A stretch of DNA of 64,000 nt from Candidatus Xenobia bacterium (lineage in GTDB: Bacteria; Vulcanimicrobiota; Xenobia; Xenobiales; QWHO01): assembly GCA_045863235.1 (NCBI GenBank), contig BTUM01000019.1:49330-113329 (forward strand). Direction: 5' to 3'. This document shows positions 47,783-56,222 of the stretch, in pieces. Made by a program: the position numbers and the translations under genes. The notes under the pieces were generated by a model. The model saw nothing but the letters and a program-made list of their open reading frames with translations, was not told the DNA's origin and made no database searches. Numbering within the stretch: the stretch's first letter is position 1; each line of letters begins with the position of its first letter.

Positions 47783-48696
47783 GCTTTCCGGCTCGACTGC
47801 TGGCCTATACTCGCGAACGCTTTCCCCTGGCCGCTTACGTGCCCATGATCACGGTCTTCACCTTCTCGGCCGCGGCTTACTCGCGCGTGGCCCGGGGGGT
47901 ACCGGGCTTCGTCCCCTGGCCGACCTTCGCGGTGGGCTGTTTCACCTCGCTGGTCTTCTTCTTCTGGCTGCGGGTGCTCGACGAGCACAAGGACGCCGAT
48001 ACCGATCGCCAGTTTCGCCCCGAGTTGCCGGTGCCGCGCGGTCTGATCAGCCTGCGCGAGCTGCGCTGGACGGGCCTGGCGTTGCTGGGACTGGCCCTGG
48101 CTCTCAACGCCTGGCGCGATCCGCGCCTTCTCTGGCCCTGCCTGGCGGTGGCTCTGTGGGCCGCCCTGATGACCAAAGAGTTCTTCGTGCGCTCGTGGCT
48201 GCGGGCTCACGTTACCTGGTACCTGATCAGCCACATGCTGATCATGCCGATGATCGACTTCTACACCACCGGGCTGGACTGGATCGAAGCCGGGCGGGGG
48301 ATCCCTCAGGGGCTGGAGCTGTTCTTGATCGTCACCTTTCTCAACGGCACGGTGATCGAAGTGGGACGAAAGCTGCGCGCCCCCTCCGACGAGCGGGTGG
48401 GGGTGGACACCTACACCCGCGCCTGGGGACTCAAGCGGGCCCCGACCGTCTGGCTGGGGCTGCTGGCCCTGACGGCCCTGACGGCGGCCGGCGCGCTGCA
48501 CGTCGTGCGAGCCGGGTCAGCCTCGTTCGGGGTGCTGGTGGGGATGTGGCTGCTGGCCAGCCGGGCCGGGCTCCGATTTCGCGCCGAGCCGGCCACGCAC
48601 CGGGCACGGGCGGTGGAAGTTGCCTCGGGACTGTGGACCATCGGCATGTATCTCCTGCTCGGCCTGGCCCCCTGGCTGGCCTTTCAACCATCGTAG
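47779..48696 (+). CDS. UbiA-family prenyltransferase
   Basis: Polytopic membrane protein; RVLDEHKDADTD..RPELPVPRG Asp-rich motif; EVGRK..VDTY second motif; TTGA overlap with HMGR. Confidence 0.82.
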   Translation: MSFPARLLAYTRERFPLAAYVPMITVFTFSAAAYSRVARGVPGFVPWPTFAVGCFTSLVFFFWLRVLDEHKDADTDRQFRPELPVPRGLISLRELRWTGLALLGLALALNAWRDPRLLWPCLAVALWAALMTKEFFVRSWLRAHVTWYLISHMLIMPMIDFYTTGLDWIEAGRGIPQGLELFLIVTFLNGTVIEVGRKLRAPSDERVGVDTYTRAWGLKRAPTVWLGLLALTALTAAGALHVVRAGSASFGVLVGMWLLASRAGLRFRAEPATHRARAVEVASGLWTIGMYLLLGLAPWLAFQPS

Positions 48697-48811
48697 GCCT
48701 CCGCCCGTCGCCCGTCGGCCTGGCGAGGACTTCCAGGCCTTGTCGAGGAATGTGGCGCGCATCGGAGGGGGGGTTCCCTTCTCCAGATCGTTTGGAAAGG
48801 ATCTGGTGACA

Positions 48812-49147
48812 GTGCGTATCTTAATGAAAGTATCGATCCCGATGGAAGCGGGCAACGCCGCTATCATGGACGGGAGTCTACCGATGAAGCTGAAAGCGAT
48901 CCTGGAGGACATGAAACCGGAAGCCGTCTACTTCATTGAAGAGCACGGCAAACGCACGGGCATGATCGTGGCCGATCTCAAGGACGAGTCCTGCATCCCG
49001 GCCCTGGCCGAGCCGTTCTTCCTGGCCTTCAACGCCACGGTGGAGATGCACCCGGCGATGGTGCTCGACGACCTGATGAAAGCAGGCCCTGCCATCGAGC
49101 GGGCGGTCAAGAAGCACGGTGCGCCCGCGATGGCGCACGCCGGCTGA
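48812..49147 (+). CDS. Small conserved-looking hypothetical protein (GYD/DUF3303-like)
   Basis: GGAAAGGA RBS, GTG start; KPEAVYF..GKRT, IPALAEPFF, HPAM..DDL. Confidence 0.75.
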   Translation: MRILMKVSIPMEAGNAAIMDGSLPMKLKAILEDMKPEAVYFIEEHGKRTGMIVADLKDESCIPALAEPFFLAFNATVEMHPAMVLDDLMKAGPAIERAVKKHGAPAMAHAG

Positions 49148-49153
49148 GACTTG

Positions 49154-49178
49154 AAAGCCCGCTCCGGCGGGCTTTTTT
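49154..49178 (+). terminator. Rho-independent terminator
   Basis: AAAGCCCGC-TCCG-GCGGGCTTTTTT stem-loop with U-tract. Confidence 0.85.
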
Positions 49179-49233
49179 ACAGCAATGACCGTAGCGATAG
49201 GATCTCCTGGGCAAGCTCCCCGAACCGAACCCT

Positions 49234-51645
49234 GTGAACGCATTCTACCGCCCCGGTGATCCGGTCGAGCCTCGCGAGCTGGGGGGCAAAGGGGCTCAGC
49301 TGGCGCGGCTGGCAGCCCTGGGGCACGAAGTTCCCCGCTTTATCGTGCTCAAGTCCAGCGCTCCGCTGCCCACGTCAGAGGCCCTCCAAACGGTGCTGCG
49401 CCAGGCCGGCCTGGACCGCTCTCCCCTGGCGGTGCGTTCCTCGGCCGTGGGGGAAGACTCCCGCCAGCGCTCCTTCGCGGGCCAGTTTCGCACCCTGCTG
49501 GGGGTGCCAGCCACCGGGGCGCTGAGCGCCGTGGAGCAGGTTCGCGCCTCTCTGCACCAGCAGCATGCTTACGGAGACGAGGCCCTGTCCGCCATGGCCG
49601 TGATCCTCCAGGAGATGGTGGCACCGGACTGCTCGGGAGTGCTGTTCACGGCCGACCCGGTCAGCGGCCAGCGTGACCTGACCGTGATCAGCGCCGTGCG
49701 GGGTCTGGGCGAGTTGCTGGTCAGCGGCGAGGTGACCGGGGATACCTACAGGGTGCACCAGGGCAAGGTGCTGGAATCGCTGCCGGGCGATCAGTCCGAG
49801 CAGCTGGTTCTCGAGCAGGGGAAAGCCGTGCGTCGTCCCCTCGCCGCCCGGACCGGCCCCTGCCTGGGCGTCGAGCAAGCGTTGCGCCTGGCCGAGCTGG
49901 GCCAGCGCCTGGCCCGAGAGCTGGATGGCCCCCAGGACGTGGAGTGGGCCCTGGTGGGCACCCGGTTGGTAGTGCTGCAGAGCCGCCCCATCACCACCCT
50001 TACCGAGGAACCGGTGCTGTGGGACAACTCCAACATCATCGAAAGCTACTCGGGGGTGACCACTCCCCTTACCTTCAGCTTCGCGCGCAGCGTCTACGCC
50101 CACGTCTACCCCCAGTTCTGCCGGGTGATGGGAGTGGAGGAGAGCGTGCTGGAAGCCAGCCGACCCATCTTCGAGAACATGCTGGGCCTGATCCACGGGC
50201 GCATCTACTACAACCTGCTCAACTGGTATCGCACTCTGGCCCTCCTGCCGGGGTTCAGCTTCAACCGCGACTTCATGGAGCGCATGATGGGGGTGCGCCA
50301 GAAGCTGCCCAACCCTCCCGTGACGCCTCCTTCCCACGGACGGTGGCGCGACCTGGCCCGGCTGGTTCGCATGGTCTGGACCATGCGAAACGAGCAGGCC
50401 CGCCTGGGCCGGGAGGTGGAGGACTTCCACCAGAGGGTGGAGGGCGTGCTGGCCCGCCATCGCGGCGGTGACCTCAAGAAACGGACCCCGGAGCAACTGA
50501 TCGCCCTCTACCGACAACTCGAGAAAGAGCTTCTGTGCGAGTGGAAGGCCCCGCTGGTGAACGATTTCTTCGCCATGATCTTCCACGGCCTGCTGGGCCG
50601 GCTGGTGGAGAAGTGGCTGCCCGGCCTGCCCCCCACCCTGCAAAACGACCTGTTGTGCGGGGAGGGGGGGATCATCTCCACCCGCCCCGCTGAGGCCGTG
50701 ATGGAGCTGGCCCGCCGCGCGCCTCGCCAGCTGTTCGAAAGCCACGCTGACAGCGAGGTGCTCGAGCGGCTCGAGCCGGGCTTCCTGCACGATTACCTGG
50801 AGCGCTACGGCGACCGCTCGGTAGGCGAGCTGAAGCTCGAGACCGAGACCCTGCGCGAGAACCCGACCGCTCTGGTGGCCCTGATCCGGGCCTACCTCGA
50901 CCATCCCCCGCGCGAGCAGGGCGGGCGGGCAGCTCGCGAGGCAGCCGAGCTGGTAGTGCGGGGCAAGCTCAAAGGCTGGAAGCAGCGCATCTTCTTGGCC
51001 GTGCTGCGGCAGGCGCGCGAGAGGGTGCGCGACCGGGAGAACCTGCGCTTCGAGCGCACCCGGGTGTTCGGGCTGATCCGGCGGCTCTTTCTGGCGCTGG
51101 GGTGGCACCTGGCCCGGCTGGGAGCGCTGAAGCACGAACGAGACGTGTTCTACCTCACCCGCGAGGAGATCTTCGGCTTCTTCGGCGGCACCGCCGCCAG
51201 CAACCGACTCGACGAGGTGGTGCAGCAGCGCCGGGCCGAGTTCGCCGGCTACCTCTCCGAGCCGGCGCCCCCGGATCGCTTCCAGACCGTAGGGCCACCA
51301 TTCCTGGCCCGCTTTGCGCCCGAAGCTGCCGTCGAGGGCGAGCTGCGCGGCCAGGGCTGCTGTCCGGGCCGGGTGCGCGCCCCGGTGCGCATCGTGCGCG
51401 ACCCTTCCCGGCCCGGCGAGCTGCGCGGGCACATCATGGTGACCGAGCGCACCGACCCCGGTTGGGCCCTGCTCTTTCCTGTGGTGGAGGGGCTGCTGGT
51501 GCAGCGTGGCAGCCTGCTGAGCCATTCGGCCATCGTGGCCCGCGAGCTGGGCATCCCCTGCGTGGTGGGCATCCCGGGCCTGCTCGAGCGGCTGCAGGAC
51601 GGCCAGGTCGTCGAGATGGACGGCACCACCGGGCTGGTGACGTGA
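49234..51645 (+). CDS. PEP-utilising/dikinase-family phosphotransferase with rifamycin phosphotransferase-like architecture
   Basis: N-terminal ATP-grasp (GGKG, AVRSSAVGED..SFAGQF, DVEW, QSRPIT), helical middle domain, C-terminal phospho-His domain (TDPGW, GSLLSHSAIVARELGIP). Confidence 0.9.
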   Translation: MNAFYRPGDPVEPRELGGKGAQLARLAALGHEVPRFIVLKSSAPLPTSEALQTVLRQAGLDRSPLAVRSSAVGEDSRQRSFAGQFRTLLGVPATGALSAVEQVRASLHQQHAYGDEALSAMAVILQEMVAPDCSGVLFTADPVSGQRDLTVISAVRGLGELLVSGEVTGDTYRVHQGKVLESLPGDQSEQLVLEQGKAVRRPLAARTGPCLGVEQALRLAELGQRLARELDGPQDVEWALVGTRLVVLQSRPITTLTEEPVLWDNSNIIESYSGVTTPLTFSFARSVYAHVYPQFCRVMGVEESVLEASRPIFENMLGLIHGRIYYNLLNWYRTLALLPGFSFNRDFMERMMGVRQKLPNPPVTPPSHGRWRDLARLVRMVWTMRNEQARLGREVEDFHQRVEGVLARHRGGDLKKRTPEQLIALYRQLEKELLCEWKAPLVNDFFAMIFHGLLGRLVEKWLPGLPPTLQNDLLCGEGGIISTRPAEAVMELARRAPRQLFESHADSEVLERLEPGFLHDYLERYGDRSVGELKLETETLRENPTALVALIRAYLDHPPREQGGRAAREAAELVVRGKLKGWKQRIFLAVLRQARERVRDRENLRFERTRVFGLIRRLFLALGWHLARLGALKHERDVFYLTREEIFGFFGGTAASNRLDEVVQQRRAEFAGYLSEPAPPDRFQTVGPPFLARFAPEAAVEGELRGQGCCPGRVRAPVRIVRDPSRPGELRGHIMVTERTDPGWALLFPVVEGLLVQRGSLLSHSAIVARELGIPCVVGIPGLLERLQDGQVVEMDGTTGLVT

Positions 51646-52706
51646 CCGTCTTCAACGACTCCACCATCCGCTATGCCAGCGTCTGGGAGGACGCCGACGT
51701 GCTCTGCGCCGCCCTCGAGCCGGTGGCTCGCCAGGGTAACCTTCTCTCCATCGCCTCCGGGGGCGACAACGCCCTGGCCCTGCTGACGCTCGACCCCGCC
51801 CGGGTGGTGGCCTGCGATCTTTCGGGTGCCCAGCTGGCCTGCCTGGAGTTGCGCCGGGCCGCCTTCGCCCGCCTGGAGTACCCCGAGCTGCTGGCTTTCC
51901 TGGGAGTCACCCCGTCGGGAGCCCGTCGCTTCTACTACCGGGCCCTGTGCCTTGGCAACCAGACGCGCGCCTTCTGGGACGAGCGCATGCGCTGGATCGA
52001 GCGGGGCGTGATCCACGCTGGAAAGTTCGAGCGCTACCTGCGGTTCTTTGGCCTCAGGGTGCTCCCCTTGCTCTACTCGGCCGAGACCCGCAAAGCGCTT
52101 CTGCGAGAGAAGAGCCCCGAGGAGCAACGACGCTTCTACGAGCAGCGCTGGGACAAAAAGGCCTGGCGCTGCCTCTTCCTGGCCTTCTTCAGCCGCCAGG
52201 TGCTGGGCCTGGCCGGCCGCGACCCGGCCCTGCTGCGCCACGTGCGCGTGCATGTGGGCCGCCGCCTCCTGGCCCGCGCCCGGCACGGCCTGGCCCGGGT
52301 GCCCACCTGGGACAATCCCTACCTCACCTACATCATGACCGGCAACTACGCCCCGCACGCCCTGCCGCGGTATCTCAGACCCGAGCACTTCGAGCTCATC
52401 CGGGGCCGCCTGGACCGGCTCGAGCCGTTCCACGGACCCATCCAGGCCACCGGGCGAGGGCCCTTTGACGGCTTCAACCTCTCCGACCTGTTCGAGTACT
52501 TCTCCCCGCAAGAGCACCGCCAGGTCTACTCCGAGCTGGTGGCTCAGGCCCGCCCTGCAGCCCGGCTGGTTTACTGGAACCTGCTGGCCTCGCGCGGCGC
52601 CGTGCCAGGCCTGCCGGTCACCCGCCTGCAAGAGGAGGCCCGAGCTCTGCACCGGCAAGACCGGGCCTGGTTCTACCAGGCCCTGCAGGTGGACAGGCGT
52701 GACTGA
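51642..52706 (+). CDS. DUF3419/BtaA-like SAM-dependent 3-amino-3-carboxypropyl transferase
   Basis: IRYASVWEDA, LSIASGGDNAL, GKFERY, NPYL, FNLSDLFEY; GTGA overlap with the upstream gene. Confidence 0.85.
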   Translation: MTVFNDSTIRYASVWEDADVLCAALEPVARQGNLLSIASGGDNALALLTLDPARVVACDLSGAQLACLELRRAAFARLEYPELLAFLGVTPSGARRFYYRALCLGNQTRAFWDERMRWIERGVIHAGKFERYLRFFGLRVLPLLYSAETRKALLREKSPEEQRRFYEQRWDKKAWRCLFLAFFSRQVLGLAGRDPALLRHVRVHVGRRLLARARHGLARVPTWDNPYLTYIMTGNYAPHALPRYLRPEHFELIRGRLDRLEPFHGPIQATGRGPFDGFNLSDLFEYFSPQEHRQVYSELVAQARPAARLVYWNLLASRGAVPGLPVTRLQEEARALHRQDRAWFYQALQVDRRD

Positions 52707-53997
52707 GGGACTGCGGGCTCTGGGGGTGGCGGGGCTCTTTCTGGCCATCTTCGTTCTGGCCGAGCTGCTCAAGCGGGCCTTCCACCCACCCCCCGAGCTG
52801 ACCCGCAAGTTCGTGCACTTTGCCGGCGGCCTGGTGGTGGCAGCCTTTCCATGGCTGCTTTCCTCCCCCTGGACCGTGCTGGCGCTCTCGTGCGCCTTTG
52901 GAGGGATCCTGTGGATCTCGCGCCGACTGGGCCTGCTCTCCAGTGTGCACGGCGTGGCCCGGCGCTCGCAGGGCGGGCTCTACTATCCGCTGGCCGTCTT
53001 TCTGCTCTTCTGGCTGTCAGCCGACCAGCGCGCCTTCTACCTGGTCTCGGCCATCGCGCTGGTGCTCTCGGATACCCTGGCGGCCCTGGTGGGCACCGCC
53101 TACGGTCGCCATCCCTACGCCGTCGAGCAGGATACCCGCAGCCTGGAGGGCTCGGCGGTCTTTTTCTTGACCACCTTCCTGGGCGTGCACCTGCCCCTTC
53201 TGCTCATGACCGACCTTGATCGCCGGCTGATCGTGCTGGTGGCGCTGATCATGGCCCTCCTCCTGACGGCCTTCGAGGCCATCAGCCTGGAGGGCAACGA
53301 CAACCTGATCGTGCCCCTGGCCAGCTATTTCATGCTGGTGAAGCTGACCGACAAGTCGGTGGCCCACCTGACGGTGCAACTGGCAGCCCTGTTGGGGTGC
53401 CTTTCGGTCACCTTGCTTTTGGCCTGGAAGCTGCGGACCTTCTCGCTGGCGGGAGCGGTGGGAGCGAGCCTGGTGCTGTTCGGATCCTTCAGCCTGGGCG
53501 GCCCGCTGTGGGCCGTTCCCCCCTTCGCCGCCCTGGTGGCCTATCTGTTGCTGCGAAGAAGATTTCCCGACCGCCACCAGGTCCTGGCCGTCTTCTACGT
53601 CTGCTTGGTGCCCACGCTGATGCTGCTGGGCAACAATGCCCTGACCACGGGGCTCAAGTGGCCCGGCGATCCCCTGTTTTTCCCCTTTGTGGGTGCGGTG
53701 GCGGCTCAGCTGGCCATCCTGATCTACCTGGAGATGCCCGAAAAGCCGTTCCAGGCGACTCTGCTGGGGGCTCTGGCGGTGCTGCCGCTCTCACTCTGGC
53801 TGCACCCTGAGGCCAGCGGAGCGGCCTGGACCTGCCTGCCGGCGGTGCTGCTCGCCCCCCTGATCTATCACGGCCTGAGACGACGCTACGGTCTGCCCGA
53901 GGGCTATCCCATGGTGCGCCGCCAGGCCCTGGCCACACTGCTCCCGACCGCCGTGGCGGCCGCCCTGCAGCTCAGTTCGTCACCGCCTGGTGGATGA
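52699..53997 (+). CDS. Phytol/dolichol kinase-like (CTP-dependent) membrane protein with extra C-terminal TM region
   Basis: TRKFVH, SDTLAALVG..YG, RSLEGS, DNLIVP motifs; many TM helices. Confidence 0.8.
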   Translation: MTEGLRALGVAGLFLAIFVLAELLKRAFHPPPELTRKFVHFAGGLVVAAFPWLLSSPWTVLALSCAFGGILWISRRLGLLSSVHGVARRSQGGLYYPLAVFLLFWLSADQRAFYLVSAIALVLSDTLAALVGTAYGRHPYAVEQDTRSLEGSAVFFLTTFLGVHLPLLLMTDLDRRLIVLVALIMALLLTAFEAISLEGNDNLIVPLASYFMLVKLTDKSVAHLTVQLAALLGCLSVTLLLAWKLRTFSLAGAVGASLVLFGSFSLGGPLWAVPPFAALVAYLLLRRRFPDRHQVLAVFYVCLVPTLMLLGNNALTTGLKWPGDPLFFPFVGAVAAQLAILIYLEMPEKPFQATLLGALAVLPLSLWLHPEASGAAWTCLPAVLLAPLIYHGLRRRYGLPEGYPMVRRQALATLLPTAVAAALQLSSSPPGG

Positions 53998-55108
53998 GGT
54001 AGCCTGCTCCCGCGGCCACCCCGATGCCCACGGCGGTGGCCAGCACCGGGTGCTCCTTGATGGCCTCGCCCACCCCGGCCAGGCCGTCCTTGGAGCTGTT
54101 CAGGGCCACCGAGGCCGCTCGAGCCACCGTGGCGGGCACGCCGGCGCGCTCCAGCACCACTCCCGTGCCCACGCCCGCAGCCAGAACCACGGCTGCCGAG
54201 ACGCCCGGGTTGTCGATGTAGAACTGCTGGATCTCGCCCCCGACCTGCTCCACGCTGCGCCCGGTGGCGCGGGCGTATTCGGCGATCTTCTCCTTCAGGC
54301 TGCGGTCGATACGGGCCGCGTCCTCGCGGGTGTTGCCAGTGCTCTGGGCAGCCTGCTGCTCGAGCGCTTCGAACTCGCTGCGCAGCTTCTCGGCCTCGGG
54401 CGTCGAGGGCGGCGGAGGCACCGGGGTGGCCTCGGTCTGCACCGCCTCGTAGATCACGTAGCCCACGGCCGCGGCCGCGGCCACCACCACCACACCGGTC
54501 AGGATGGGGTGGTCCTTGATCGCCTGCTTGATGGACTCGACGCTGGTGGAGACCGAGTCGCTCAGTCCCAGCTTCTCCAGGCCGATGCCCGCTCCCACGC
54601 CCACCGCGTAAGCCACGCTCAGGGTCAGCACGGGGTGCTCGACCATGTAGCCGCGCAGATCGCTGGCCACCTGCTGAGCGCTGCGCCCGGTCTGGCGGGC
54701 GTACTCGCCCACCGCGCTCATGACCCGACGGGTCGCCTGCTCCTTGGCGTCGTCATCCTTGCTCTTCTGCAGCAACTGATCGGCCTCGTCGAAAGCTTTG
54801 TCCAGCGCCTGCTGGGCCTGGGTCTGGGTCTCGCTGACCGGCGGCGGCTCGGGGGGCTTGGAGCAACCGGTCAGGCTGACCGCCCCGATGGTCCCCGCCA
54901 GCACCAGGCACACCCCCCGCGCCCAGCCCGACATCTGGCGCACCGGCTCGCCGGTGGTCTCGGCCTTGCTCTTGATCCAGGGGGGTTTGGGGCCGGTCTC
55001 GGGGCGCTCGCCCAGCCGGACCGCATCCCCCTCGGAAGCAGTGGACTGAGCCCGTGAAGGCGAAGTGAGAGAAGGATGACTGACCGTTGGGGAAGCGAGG
55101 ACCTGCAT
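53972..55108 (-). CDS. Hypothetical membrane protein with a duplicated unit and four ElaB/YqjD-like 'HP + Gly-rich helix' segments
   Basis: GGGAGG RBS before ATG 55108; EYARQTGRS/EYARATGRS duplication; EHPV, DHPI, DNPG, EHPV helices. Confidence 0.75.
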   Translation of the reverse strand: MQVLASPTVSHPSLTSPSRAQSTASEGDAVRLGERPETGPKPPWIKSKAETTGEPVRQMSGWARGVCLVLAGTIGAVSLTGCSKPPEPPPVSETQTQAQQALDKAFDEADQLLQKSKDDDAKEQATRRVMSAVGEYARQTGRSAQQVASDLRGYMVEHPVLTLSVAYAVGVGAGIGLEKLGLSDSVSTSVESIKQAIKDHPILTGVVVVAAAAAVGYVIYEAVQTEATPVPPPPSTPEAEKLRSEFEALEQQAAQSTGNTREDAARIDRSLKEKIAEYARATGRSVEQVGGEIQQFYIDNPGVSAAVVLAAGVGTGVVLERAGVPATVARAASVALNSSKDGLAGVGEAIKEHPVLATAVGIGVAAGAGYLIHQAVTN

Positions 55109-55481
55109 GGAACCCTCCCGAGACATTTCGGTGGAAGGTACTCCGGAGCCCTCAAAAAGTTCTGAAAGCGGGCTCCTCATTCAGCTGCTGGCGATGGTTG
55201 CGGGCTCGCTCTCGCTGACCTGGGGATGGACGGCGATGATGCTTGTCGGCTACCTGGTGCGCCAGAGTCGCAGCGAGGTGGCGGTGGGTCTCGGCCTGCT
55301 GGCCGCTCTGGTGGGCGGGGCTCTAAGCCTGGGCCTCCCCATCCGGCTCCTCCCGCAACGATGTCGGGGGCAGTTCGCCGAGATCAGCTGGTACGTCACT
55401 TGCTTGCTCTCGGTCGTGGGCTGCCTGATGCCCGCGCGCGCCCCTCATTTCGAGCTGCTCAGCCTGCCCGTGACCCCCTGA
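55107..55481 (+). CDS. Possible small membrane protein, start uncertain and possibly frameshifted
   Basis: Three hydrophobic segments; TGATG overlap into a further hydrophobic 31-aa ORF (55481-55576). Confidence 0.4.
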   Translation: MEPSRDISVEGTPEPSKSSESGLLIQLLAMVAGSLSLTWGWTAMMLVGYLVRQSRSEVAVGLGLLAALVGGALSLGLPIRLLPQRCRGQFAEISWYVTCLLSVVGCLMPARAPHFELLSLPVTP

Positions 55482-55559
55482 TGGAGGTCTACATGGTCGG
55501 TAGCCTGCTGATCATGGTCGGCGGCTACCTGGGCGTACGCGCCTACTGGCCGCGCACGG

Positions 55560-56222
55560 CTAGCCCGGCGCGGTGAGCGCCCTGCCGTTGTCTTTTGGTC
55601 CCAGCTCCAGCAAGAAGGGCACTGCTTTCTCGGCCCACTGATCGGGAGTTGCATAGCCGTGAGCACTCTCCCCGAAGCAGCTCTGCAGCATCTCGGTGTT
55701 GATGGTGCCCGGGTTGAGGCTGACGGCCGCCAATCCCGAGGGCAGCTCGTGGGCCAGGGCCTTCGTCAGCCCTTCGATGGCCCACTTGGTGGCGCAGTAC
55801 GGCGCCACTTCGGGTGAGGCGCTGCGACCCCAGCCGCTGGAGAAGTTGACGAACACTCCCTGGCCAGCTTCGATCATCGACGGCAAGAAGGCGTGAGCGA
55901 CGAAGTAGACGCCCTTGATGTTCACGTCCACCACGGCGGCGAACTCGTGATGGGGCACCTCCCACAGGGGCGCGTTGCGGTTGATCAAGGCGGCGTTGTT
56001 GAGCACCAGGTCGGGAGCTCCGTGGCGGGCGACCAGGTTGGCCGCCCAGCGCTGCACGGCCGGCCCGTCAGCCACGTCGAGCACGGCCATCTCGTGGGGG
56101 GCCTTGAGCAGATGGCACTCGGTGCGCGAGCAGCCCAGCACCAGATGGCCCAGAGCGGCAATCTTGCGGGCCATCGCTCGGCCCAGGCCGCGCGAGGCGC
56201 CCGTCAGGACCACCTTCTTCAT
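55560..56222 (-). CDS. Short-chain dehydrogenase/reductase
   Basis: TGASRGLG, LNNAA, YCATK, LNPG. Confidence 0.92.
   Translation of the reverse strand: MKKVVLTGASRGLGRAMARKIAALGHLVLGCSRTECHLLKAPHEMAVLDVADGPAVQRWAANLVARHGAPDLVLNNAALINRNAPLWEVPHHEFAAVVDVNIKGVYFVAHAFLPSMIEAGQGVFVNFSSGWGRSASPEVAPYCATKWAIEGLTKALAHELPSGLAAVSLNPGTINTEMLQSCFGESAHGYATPDQWAEKAVPFLLELGPKDNGRALTAPG

Noticed and set aside
49375..51525. 716-aa minus-strand ORF
   Set aside because: Antisense shadow of the dikinase.
49234..51645. PEP synthase (ppsA) call
   Set aside because: No C-terminal pyruvate-binding domain; the His domain is terminal.
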